A stretch of DNA of 64,000 nt from Gnetum montanum (lineage: Eukaryota > Plantae > Gnetophyta). The position numbers and the translations under genes are program-made. Position 1 is the first letter of the stretch; each line of letters begins with the position of its first letter. The stretch is from positions 366,427-430,426 of the forward strand of contig MNCI01002657.1 of NCBI GenBank assembly GCA_015680685.1, read 5' to 3'. The notes under the pieces are model-generated. The model worked only from the letters and a program-made list of their open reading frames with translations, was not told the origin of the DNA and ran no database searches. Below, piece after piece: positions 14,303-26,354 of the stretch.

Positions 14303-16041
14303 TGTAGCAACCGAAAACGTTGGCGGTTGGAAGAATCCTGGGGGTCGACGGACACAATAGTTCCAACCCCGTATCCATGGGAGGATGGTGCTGGGTGTGT
14401 GCAGATATGGGGTGCCCTGAATGGTTTGGTCAATTAGATAGGGACTTACATCGGCATCAATATAGCCTTTTGCAACATAAATAATGCGAAGTGCGAGATA
14501 GTGCTTACGGGTAAATAAAGTAGGAAAGAAACTATAAAAGTGTAACAGTAATATGAAATAATGCTTAAAGGTGAAAAAAATAGAAAATAATGCAAAGAAA
14601 GAAGACAGTAAATGGGAAACAAAGTAAAGTATGGTTAGAAACATGCACTGCTCCAAAGCTACAAACACGTCCAGCCAGGGTGGATACAATCTGCTACACA
14701 GCACGATGGAGTACAAAAATCCTGAGAGTAACTAGGACGTGCCGAGAAAAAAGAGCTATGCACTTGGATGCGTGTTCATATACAAACAATGTAGGGCTCT
14801 ACCAAGGTGGTAGAATGGAGACAGGGACCTTTCGCTGGCTAAGAGAGGATCGCTGTTTATAGTGTTAGACAGATGACTTTGATTATTACAATGCTGGCCA
14901 GAGGGGAAATATTTGTTTCAGAATTTCAAAGTTCCCACTACTTGGAAGTTGTTTGCTTCCAGAAAGATGCGAACTCTTTTGAAATTGCCAACTTTACAAA
15001 TTGTTGGCTTTTCCAAATTGAAGGTCTGGTTTTTTTAGCAAAACATTGCTGGCTTGTTATATGTTGTTTGCCGGGATATTTATAGGGCTGAAGGTAAGAA
15101 AAAAGGGTGATTTTAATGCTACGTGCTGCAGGCTTGTGTTATCTTACTAGCACTACTTGAGCCATCTGTGATCATTGGGCTTACATGACCATTGTGATGC
15201 GAACCTGCCATGCAATAACTATGATCCCACCACGCCATAATCGCGTCGTTAGCGTTTGGGGACGTGTGCCAATGGTCCGATTAGGTGGAGTGCATTGATG
15301 TCATGCAACCACCTACATGCCTCGTTGTGCTTTGTGATGTAGCATGCTAGATGTAGTGTAGCATATTGTTGCACATTCTGCTGTTTGTTACTGCTTTCTA
15401 CACTATGCTACGCTACGTAGCGTAGTGTAGCGTAGCAACTTGCCTTAGTCGCAAGAGTTTCACTGATTTGCAATCTTTCTCCTACGATGCAAGTCTTGCG
15501 AACTCTGTTGACTCCACCTTTTGAACTACCTTCTGTCTCTTCCGTAGGATTGCTACGCCTCGTTGCACTATGTAGCTCAGCGTAGCGTAGTAGCAGAAAT
15601 AGTCCAATGCTTCTTGACGAAAAGGGACATCACTGCAGAACTCAAAATTGGGTGAGGGGAATGGGTAGTGAAGTCGTTGCCATGCTATGCTATGTGATGT
15701 CGCATAGCGTAGCACTTCGTTCTGCCATGGTCTTCTAAAGCTTGCTACGCTACATAGCGTCGCAGGCTTTGTGACTTAGAAAACTTGTCGAACTGTTTCT
15801 TGCGCATCCAGGATGCTACCGTCGATTCCGCACGCTGTTCCTGAGCAGGCTGCCAGCTGTTTAGGCTACTTTGGTGGGCAGGCAGTATGGTACAGAACCT
15901 GTCCATGCTCAAAGTAGAAAATTTTCCGAACTAGCTGACCTGGACTCAGAATGTTCTTCTCCTAATGAATTGCCATCGTGCTGTGTAGACTACAAGATCC
16001 TGGTGAAGCAAGGATGACCCCACATTTTTTAGGGTGTTTCA
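14303..16041 (-). repeat. 3' LTR of E2
   Basis: TGTAG...TTTCA on the + strand; direct repeat of 31169-32896. Confidence 0.95.
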
Positions 16042-16058
16042 TTGGCCCCTGTTTGTCG
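16042..16058 (-). promoter_or_regulatory. Polypurine tract of E2
   Basis: The minus strand reads ...GACAAACAGGGGCCAA abutting the LTR; E4 has CAACAAAGAGGGGCCAT. Confidence 0.75.
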
Positions 16059-17029
16059 ACGTCTAGAGAACAGGCTCGATGGATGTTGGTAAAGAATACA
16101 AAACACCACAGTAGGTGAAATGCTAAAGTTTTCACTTGGTGAGTGTTGAGACATCGCTTGGCTATGCTTGAGAGTGTTGCATTGATTTTGTAGAGGTTAA
16201 GGTAGAGAGCAAAGATGATGTTTAGTCGAGTCCTTAGTTAGAGCGTTTACATTTTCATCTCTAGCTGGCACTGTTCTTCAACATCCTGTAGGCAGGCGTC
16301 CCCTCCATAGGATGAGTTGTGTTACATCTATGGAGGGCTTTGACTTACCTACTACAACCTTCCGCACGGCGAGCTGTGTTACGCACGTGTCGAAATTTGC
16401 ACTCTGAAGTAGTTGAGATAGTCGAGGCATTCACTTTGCGACGCTATAATGTTTGCTGCTATAGCAAGATGCATCTGTGAGGATGAGGTCTTGTTGGATG
16501 CTGACATTGTTGTTACTTTTGGGCATCGTTGTTGGTGTGAGATGCCCAAAGTAGGGAGGCCAGCAGCGGTCCTGGCAGCACCAGTCACGGGGAAGCTGGT
16601 TCCCAAGGCACCAGGGGCATAGATGCACTGGAATCCCCACCAAAGGAATGCATGCTTAGTTTAGCTATGAGATTAGCTACCACATAGCTGAACATTGCAG
16701 AAGCTAAAACCTTGGCAAGGAACTGAAGAGCAATAATACTGTGGCTAGTCCACAATACTTTCAGCACCTCAGAAGCAGGAACGAGCCCAGGAACTACTGT
16801 TAGGGCAGTGGGTCGTGGCGACGGTAGGTTCGAAGGGCCCGTATGACATCATATAACATCTTCAAAGGATCAGCATGACACCGAGGGTGGTGATGCATAT
16901 GCCCTGGACTGTGTTCTCCTTGCGTTGAGAATTACGTCCTGGAGTTGCGATGTCCCACCCATGCGTCGGTATCACACCCCTTTTTTTGAAACGTATCTGA
17001 TGGTGGTGCATGTTGAGGGTGCGACACGA

Positions 17030-17340
17030 ACCTAGTTTAAGGTCTTGGTAGACTGTGTGCTAATTTAAGGTCCCAGTAGACCGCTATGCTAGTTTAAGGT
17101 CCCAGCGGACCGCTGTGCTAGTTTAAGGTCCCAGAAGACCGTACATGCCAGTTTTGCATCGTAGTGGATGTGCAATGCCAGTTTATAGTCATAGTGGATT
17201 AATAGTGCCAGGTTTTCGTTGTGGTGGACGGTTGCTACCAGTTTAACGTCATGGCGGACATTGCTCGATGCTACTAGTTTATTGTCATTGTGGACACTAC
17301 CTGGTGCAGCTGCCAGTTTATCATCATAGTGGATGGTGCT
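17030..17340 (-). repeat. 3'-UTR tandem repeats of E2 (~30-45 bp, core AAACTRGCA)
   Basis: Repeated TGCTAGTTTAAGGTCCCAG / TGCCAGTTT..GTCAT.G.GGA on the + strand. Confidence 0.85.
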
Positions 17341-17358
17341 TGTTGTTGCCGTTGCACT

Positions 17359-20300
17359 TCAGACGTAGTAGGGCTTGAGGTATGTGTGGTTCACTGGGTT
17401 GGTGAACTCGTTGCCATCCATGTCTGCTAGCTTGAAGGCTCCATTCTTGAAGACTTTAGCGACCACGTAAGGACCTTCCTAGTTGGCTGAGAACTTACTT
17501 ACGTGTTCACGGATGACCTTGAGGATGAGGTCTCCCGTCTGCACTGGTCGTCGATGCGGGTCTGCATGGTGCTTCTGCTATTATTTATTCTGGTAGTGCT
17601 CAATTCGTCTCAGTGTCTGCATGCATTCCTTTTCCATTGAGTTGAGATCGATGGTCCGTGATTCATTGTTTTGGGCTTCGCTTACAGTGTCGGATAGGAT
17701 CATCCGATGTGAGGGTACCTACAACTCAAGAGGCAATATAGCTTTAGATCTGTAAACAAGACTGTAAGGGGTCTTACTTGTCATAGTTTTGCAAGTTGTC
17801 TAATAGGCCCAGAGGACATAGAGTATTTGCTCATGCCACCGTATCTTGTTGTTGTTAAGCATCTGCTTTAGTAAGTTGATGATGGACTTATTTATAGCCT
17901 CTGCCTACTCGTTTGCCTACAGATAATAAGGGGAAGAAAATTATTATTTAATTCCTAGGTTGCTACAGAAGGTTCGGGTTTCCATACTATTGAACTATGG
18001 TCCATTGTCGGTCACAATAGTCATCGGGAGTCCAAACCTAGTTATAATGTTATCGAGGATGAAATGGTAGATTTGCTGAGACGTCGTTTTCCTTAGGAGA
18101 ATAGCTTCCACCCACTTAGTAAAATACTCTGTGGCAATGATAATGAAGCTATGCCCTGCGGAGGACTTAGGTGTGATAGGCCCTATGAGGTCTAGTCCCC
18201 ATCATTGGAGGGCCACGTAATTTGGGTTGGGTGTAGGCTTGTAGGTGCTATGTGTATGAAGTTTGCATATCTCTGGCATGTGTCACATGTCTTGACCTTT
18301 GACAGGTAGTCACGCTCCATGTAGGGCCAATAGTACCCTAGGCGTCTGATTTTTGCAGCCATAGCCTTGGGTGCTATGTGTCCATCGCACAACCCTTCAT
18401 GAATCTCATTAACTACCTTTTGTGCCTGCTTACCATCCACACATGCCAGTAATATCCCATCGTAGGATCCTTAGCATAGGGCATCATTTCCCATGAGCAC
18501 GTATTGCCAAGTGCGTTTGCAGATTGCATCTCTTTGAGCTAATGTCAATCCACCTGGGGATTCACCATGCTGTAAATAAGCTTTAATGTTATCGTATCAC
18601 TCTAGGGTGTTTGTAGCATCGACAGAGGCCACGTGTTCCGCCTGAGTGATAGGCTCCACACATTCTATGATAGCAGTTGGCAGGTTTGCCAAGGAATGCG
18701 ATGGGATGTTTAACACTAGGGTAGCTAAGGCGTCTGCTACTATGTTCTTGTTGCATGGCATGTGTTGCACATTAGTGGTCACGAATTACTTCAGTAATAT
18801 TTTTGCTAGGTCGCAGTAGGGTTGCAGGTGCATAGCCTTGCAAGCATAGACTTTGGTGATTTGATTCACGACTAGTTGTGAATCTCCCCTGGATCGCCAG
18901 GTGTTGTACATGTATCATGTGGGCAGTTAAAAGGCCTTTGAGTAGCCCTTCGTACTTTGCCACATTGTTGGTGCAAGGGAATGCAAAATGATAAGCGGAT
19001 GGGTACATTTTCCTAGAGGGAAATGTGATTGTGGTAGTGGCACTACCTTCTCGTGTGGTTGAGGCATCATCGAAGTGTAAGGTTACCTTGAAATGCAATG
19101 GGACGATGGCAACATTACTAACGTATTCATCTGGGAACTCGGGATCTACAGTTGCCTGGTCATCGACTGGCGAGGTCACCAGTTGGGTTGCTATGACTTG
19201 GCCATTTATCGACGATTGAATTACATAATGTAGGTCAAACTCTGCGGTTATTGCTTTCCATCGAGCTATCTTGCTACTTTCGTACAGGTTACTGGTGATA
19301 GCCTAGAGTATGTTACTTTTGAAAATGATGTTGGTTGTGCTACGGAATAGGTAGTGCCACCACTTTTTTAGTGTGAACACTAAGGGTAGGCAGTTCCTTT
19401 CCACATCGTTGTATTTTTCCTTGTATGCTATCAGTGCGTGGCTCAGGTAATGCACTGGTATCTTAGAACTGTCATCCCGCTTTTGACATAGTAGTGCGGC
19501 TATGAATGCGTCGGAGATGGCAAGGTATATGAAGAAAGGCTTGTCCCTTTTCAGCGGGTGTATCGTTGGGAGGTGCGAGAGCTCCTTCTTCAGGTTATCG
19601 AAGGCTTATTAACACTGGGCTATCCACTCAAAGTTAACCCCCTTCTTTAGAAGATGTTGCATGGGGTGTAACTTGTCGGTCAACTTTGGTATAAACCTCT
19701 GAATGAATTGCACTCTACCTTGTAAACCACGTAACTCCTTAGATTTGTAGGGAGGCTAGATTGATGATGGCCTTGACTTTGTCTAGGTCCACCCGTATTC
19801 CAACCTTTGATACTACAAACCCTAACATGTGTCCGATCTTTACCTTGAAGACACACTTCTTAGGATTAAGACATAAATTGTGCCTTTGGCAGCACTCAAG
19901 GACTAACTCTAGATCGCATGGGTGGTGGGCTGCCTCTTTGGACTTAACTGCTATATCATCCACGTAATCATTTAACGTTTCTAAGATGTAGTCGCTGAAA
20001 ATGTAGGTCATGGCTCATTGGTAGGTTTCTCCAACATTCTTGAGCCCGAAAGACATCATGGTATAGTAGAAGGTTCCCCATGGAGTCATGAAGGTTGTCG
20101 ACAGCTGGTGCTCTAGGTTGTATCCAGAGAAGCCATCCATGAAGGATAGCAAAGCATGACTAGTCGTGATGTCGATGAGTTGGTCGATGCTTGGGAGTGG
20201 GAAGTTGTATTTGATCATTGCCTTGTTCAAGTCTCAAAAGTCTATAAAAATTCATATCCCTCCTACTTTCTTCAAAACTACAACGATGTTGGACACCCAC

Positions 20301-20812
20301 TCTGAATAGTCGACCGCGCAGATGAAACCTGCTTGGTATAACTTAGTGATTTCGTCCCTTACGGCTAGTGCGATTTTTGGCTTAATCTTACACATCTTTT
20401 GCTTGACTACCCTTATGTGTGGATCTAGGATGATGTTATGCTGAATCAGCCATGGATCTAGACCCGGCATGTCACTGTATGACCATGTGAAAACATCAAT
20501 GTGATCCTATAAAGTCTTAACTATGCCCTCATGTATTTGTGTGTCTAGGAGGGAGCTAAGTCTTAATGTATTTACCTCCCTTCTTGACGTGGTTATGGGT
20601 ATCTCGACAAGAGGATCCTTAGTTACATCCTCGGCCTCTAAATCTAGGGCATGGACCAGGTGTCTGGGCCAATCTGGGGGTGCTTCTAAGGTTGCTATAG
20701 TGTTAATCGTAATCGACCCCCAGTCAATCATGTCGGGGTTCAACTGTCTCGTGAGCTTGCCTTGTGGCCCTGCTAACATTAGAGGCATGGAAAGGGCACA
20801 ACAGGTTTCCAT
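17359..20812 (-). pseudogene. pol: E2 pol: RT-RNaseH-archaeal-type RNaseH-integrase, degenerate
   Basis: Collinear with the intact ORF at 59268-62735: MPGLDP, LSFMDGFSGYN, YVDD, FPCTNNVA, HEGLCDGH, CDTCQ. Contains stops and frameshifts. Confidence 0.95.
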
Positions 20813-21712
20813 CTCTTGCTTGACCTACCATCATAAGATGAAAGCCTGGGTAAGGGTCATCAGAGATTGTGTGAAATGCAAATCTGCAAAGCAACACCGA
20901 GATGTGACTTGCTAAGTAAGGTGATGTAAAGATTGGGAGTTTACTAGTTTAAGGTCATGGCAGACTGCCAAGGTACAAGAGTCTAGAATTGTTAGAGATA
21001 TGTAAATTGTTGATGTAAAGTGCGAAGTTGTGTAACTGTTGATATGCGAATGCCAAACTTCTAGTTTAGTGTCATCTTGGACTACAATATTGCGACATGC
21101 AAAATCTTGATATGCAAAATAATGGTGAAAAGAATACAATTGCGAGTACTAGGGGTATCAAACTACTAGTGTGGGAATGAAGATACAAAACTGTTAGGAA
21201 ATATGCTACCGCCTATGTCAAGTCGTACAAGGTAACTACTGATGTAAGGGTGTAGTTAGTTTAATGTCACTACGGAATGTGAACGTTATGGGTCGGAATT
21301 ACTATCTTTTGGGTCTTGAGGAGTGCAACTATGCTAGGCTTGTTAGTTTAAGGTCTTTTCAGACTTTAATAAAAAACAAACATTATTATATTATTTTTTT
21401 ATTTTCAGGAAGGCGAGTAATTGGTCTGAAGCGTGTCAAGGTTTAAATGCTAATAGTGTCATGATGCCGTGGCAAGCATGCTACGCTGCACGTTGTGCTC
21501 TGCATTAATCAGAGAGAGAGAGAGAGAAATTTTTCTCATTCTACCACTACTACCATAAATAGGGATTGAACCCTGGTAATTTTGACATTTTTACCGTAAA
21601 AGCGCAAAATCCTCATCAGAGCACTCGGCGATTTCGGAGCGCAGAGCAATTGTGTTAATTGATTAGCGAGGCGAATTTCTAAAGCGAAGGTCGTAAATCT
21701 GTAAGTAGGGCC

Positions 21713-24700
21713 ATGGCTCCTAAAACCCTGAGACGTGGGCCACAAGCACTCGTTCTGGTGCAGGAGAGAACACCGTTGACTCAGTGAGTTTTCATATCTC
21801 CTTTACCCTTTTCTCCTTGAACTTTCTACCGCTTTCTGCTCTAGTTTTGCATCTCATTTGTTTTGCTATTTGTATTTTCTGTGGCCATGTTATTTGAGCT
21901 TTTTTGTTGCTGTGGCCTCTTTTTCTTTTGGTTGTGATTATTGTGCAAGGGTCTCGTTGTGATTGCATGCAAGGCCGTTGTTGCTGTCGTGGTTGTCGTG
22001 ACTGCAGGGCTGGGGCCCTTTAAGTTGCTTGACCTTGGCATGCCGTGACGTAAAACTGTTAGGAGGGTTTGGTTATGTGTGACATAGCACCATGGTGCAT
22101 GTTTTTGTTTGAGCATGTTGTTAGTTATTTTGCTGCTACACTAAGCTACTTGCATGTTCTTGCTACGCTAGGCTTTCGCATCTTTGCTATGCTATGTGTA
22201 GACAAGGGGCTATGCTATGCTATATTTATGGTTTGCTAAGCATTGCTATGTTGTGCATGCATTGTGTTTAAATTTGATGTCAATATTTGCTGTTTACATT
22301 GTGCAAGGTAGGGCCAAGGTCTAGGCTGATCATTTTGGACCTTGAAGGGGTCCTATGTCATGTGAGCAGACCTATGGCCAACATTCCTCCTTCCCCGATA
22401 AGTTTTGGAGAGCGAGCTATTTGGTTCAGGTATGGGGTGCGAGACTTCTTACAATTCCTTCTTAGAAATTTTAGCCTCATCATTTGGTCCTCCTTAGACG
22501 AAGAGCAGGCATCCGACATAATAGAGGCCATACTGCCAGGGACTAATTGGGGCATCCTGAGATACCTTTCTGACGACACGACCACAAGCATGTCGGGAGG
22601 AGGGTCTAACCAACACTCAACAAGGTTGAGGTGTTTATCTTGGATCTGGGATATGCTAGAATACCAGTGTTATCACCCATACAACACGTTGTATCTTGTG
22701 TGCCACATGGTGATGTACTTTCAGAACCCACAAGAAACCATCTATTGTGTTGGCGGATGAGTTTCGCATCTTTGCTTTGCTTGGTTATGCAACGTTGGCC
22801 ATACTTGGTTGAGTGTTAATAGTGTGTGCTTGTCACCAAGTTCTATATTGATGATGACGGGGTTCATTATCAGCCGGGTGAGTTGGTCACAATGCAGCTA
22901 GCCCTACGGGAATTTGCCTCTGCCAAGAGCCTGCGGGCAGGTGTGATTGATCATTGCGGGGAGGGATACTGTTCCCACATATGCATGCTTGCCACCTTCT
23001 ACAATCGTTATAGGGTGAAGGGTTGGATGGACAAGGAGTGGAGAGAAATTTTCAAGAAGGTCATGCTCAAAGCGGTCCTGGAGGTTGAACTCTCGCTATT
23101 CCCCTCACCGTATAGACCTAGTGGATTAATAGGCAGGCGCCACATGCTCAAGTATTTTTGTAGTTTGTTTTTTTTGTTATGCTAAGTACATTTCATGATC
23201 ATTGCTATAGGAGCGAAGAAGCCTTGTGAGGTGATGGTGGCAACTGCCAAGAGGCAAGGGGGAAACATTTACTTCAAATATGGTGAAGTAGCAGTGAGCC
23301 AGAGCTGGTTAGAATGAGGGGCTCCGGACCCTTACTCAAGAAAATCCAAATGGCTAGACTTATGGATTTGTTCATGGCTCCAAATTCAGATGTCCTTGCT
23401 ACTGAGATGCTTTCCTTGGTCAACTCCTTCTCTGGGTAGGCGAGCTATTTTCGTACGTATGTGCGGGGTGTGCGGGTGGTCATTGACATCAATGGCCAGC
23501 TATTTGCAGATTTTTTTGGTATCCATGCTGATGGTGCCGACGTGATGTTGAAGGACAAGTAGGAGTTGACCCTTCAGAAGCAGCACATCGAGGAGTGGAT
23601 GAGGCTCACCAAGGAGCGAAAGGGGTTCCCTATGGACAAGCTCAAAGAAGGTCTTGCCATGGGGATATACCTGGTATTTCATGCCTACGCATTTCCTCAA
23701 TTGCTCACCCAGGGGAAGGTCCTGGGACTTGAGCAGGCTTGGGTAATGTGGGAAGTCATGGAGGAGGGGGCCCATTACAACTGGGCCAAATTCCTATGTA
23801 GTGATTTACAGGCCGAGATTTTGGGACTTCGTGAGCCAACAGAGTCCCACTCTAACATACACTATGCTTTATACATAGGCTATTTAAAGTGCTTCATGGA
23901 GTTCCTAGTGGTCCAGTTGGATGGAGTCTAGTCCAAGCTAGATTGTGACTAGATTCCTAAGCCAGGATTCGAGAGGTCCTTTAGACTATGCAAGCCTAGG
24001 ACCCCCCAAAAATGGTTGGGCAGTCGTTGTCTGTAACGACTAAAGGTCTGGCAGTTCATAGTGCTTGCGGCCACGACAGCGTAGGGGAGATGCCCCTTGC
24101 CATAATCGGAAACATGACACAGGATGAACATCTCATAGCTGAGATCGTGCCCGCAGAGCTGCGAAGAAAGAATCCTCCCCCAACTAGGGGAAGTTCTCAT
24201 GAAGAGGAGGGACGAAGATTGTGGTTCAAGCTACGGCGAATGAGCGTTACGTAATATTTAGTTTACTTTGCTATTGCCTGCCATTTTATGCTTTGTTAGG
24301 TAGTGCATCGTAGCCTGGCATTTGTTTTGAGTTAACTTGTTTTGAATTGATGTATGCATGCCTTTTTGTGAGTAGAAGAAGAAGAAGATGAAGAAGAAGG
24401 TGACAAGGAAGTGTCGACCCTCAGGACGAGGGTGACAAATAAAGATGTGGGGGCCCCAGCTTTAGAAGAAAGGGTCCCGATCAGGAATAATGGAGCTCCT
24501 GTCTCTAGGGCAGGGACTCTTATCATTAGGGAGCCTCTTCCTAATGAAGAGGTACCTCCCCAAAATAAAGAAGATGCTACTCTCCTAAAAGGAAAGGCAC
24601 CAGCGCATGAGGTAGGGGTTTTCATGGACTTGGATGGGCCTTCTACCGAGCCTACTGTGATCGTCTTGCATCGGCAAGAAGAAAGACTACAGTCGGATGC

Positions 24701-26050
24701 TAGTGAGTTAGGCTTTGTTTGTGTCTTACCATAGTCCATTTTGGCCATTGCTAATGTTCTTAGTCATGTAACAAGTGCTACTACTGATGTCTCAGGACTT
24801 CCTCCACCTCATACAGAGTCATGGGCTAAAGTCCCTAACGAGTTTGCATTTGTTTAGGGACTTATCGATGACATGATCAAATGCCTTTAGCAGGCGGACC
24901 CTCATGCGGGTAAGTAGGAGTGTTAATTGTCCTTATGCTGCCATGTTGAAATTTTTGGGTTTGTTGATTATGTTATGCTAATGTGATTATTATGCTTTGT
25001 GTGCTTGAATAGCCTCTTGGCTCAAGTGGGACCTGGCACAACCTATGGAGGTAGGCACGGTGCCCGCACTCTCACCTGACGTGATCGAGGTGTCTCGTCG
25101 TACGTTTGATGAGGCTTACAAATGTGTCTTGCACTCGACGTGCTCTCTGTGGGAGTGTAGACGCACCAACAAGTACCTGTGGAAATGGGTCCAAAGGGTC
25201 GAGCAGAGAGAGGTTGAACTGGTCACCGAGGTGTAGAACCTCAAGTCGAGGATCAATTTCCTCATAAACCATAACCCTGACCCTATTGATTTGCAAAGGC
25301 CTGTAGATGACTATGTCAGGTTTTGGACTGTCATTCATCAAAATGTGGAGTCCACTCGTGAAATAATCAAAAAATAGATGCAGATGGACTTGCTAGTCCA
25401 GAAGTGCCAAGATATGAAGGACATCAGCACTAAGGTCTTCGAATGGGGGAAAACCTAGAGGGATCACAAATATACATACAAGTTAGAAAACAAGACCCAT
25501 CGAAGATTGTATAAAGACGCTGCTGTGGAGGCGTTCTCGTATGAAACATTTGTGAAGGCCATCGATGCTTCTGAGGCCTATGCCAGGTTTAAAGAGCAAG
25601 TGAAGGTCACGGAGTCTCCTGACCTAAGGGTGAACCTTCCTACAAGAGAGATCGCAACCGCCTCCCTTTCCTGAACCTCTAAAGTGGATGACCTTGGAAT
25701 GGGAGAAAGTTGCTGCTATGAATGCTGAGCCTAGTGGTAGGTGTTGGATGGGCATTTCGATAGAGGAGATTGGGCATCGCCTCAGGCTCAGTCTAGACCA
25801 GATACCTCTTGAGACTGACGTAGGCTCTCCTCAGGTTAGTTTCTTTAATGCTGTGCTATAGCTAGTGTTTACCGCATTCGTTGCCCTAGCTAACTACTCT
25901 ATTTTTGGAATACAGGTTCCCAACAAAGGTGTGAGGCCCATGGAGGGAGGAAATGAAGAGCCGGTAGGGGGCAACGTAGGAGTGGACGATGCTCAAGTAG
26001 ATGAAGCAGGGGCAAATGATGAAGGTGATGCGAACGGGGCTAACACATGA
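21713..26050 (+). pseudogene. Antisense multi-exon gene of E2 (FCP1/NIF-like domain, PMD-like domain, charged/coiled tail)
   Basis: Exon 1 is 21713-21783 (MAPKTLRR..TPLT, donor GTGAGT). Exon 2 starts at 22307 (LIILDLEGVL..WFRYGVRDFLQFLLRNFSLIIWSS..YNTLYL..FQNPQET). Further approximate exons: 22823-23151, 23210-24250, 24375-24702, 24773-24909, 25013-25834 and 25916-26050, several with GT/AG borders. Scattered C>T stops. Confidence 0.85.
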
Positions 26051-26354
26051 CAACATGGGACCCCTCTTTCTTTTTTATTAAAAATTTTAAAAATTTTACA
26101 AAAACTGCCAATGGGAAAAATTTTTGAATGAAATGAAAATATTTAGAAAGGAGACTAGTTTTGTATTAACTTATGCATTATGTAAAGTTTTCATGCTCTT
26201 GTATGCTAGTTTTAGGCCATTTCGGGCTGTTGCTAGTTTTGGGCCATTTCGGGCCATTAGCGTAGCATGTTCAAAGGATGGCATATTGATGAGATAAGGA
26301 AATGGTGAATATGCAAGGATAGCAACTGGGTGGGAGGTTGCAAGGCTGCTATGC

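Noticed and set aside
22287-22760. A host CTD-phosphatase gene
   Set aside because: It lies inside LTR-bounded elements at the same position in three copies, so it is element cargo and not a host locus.
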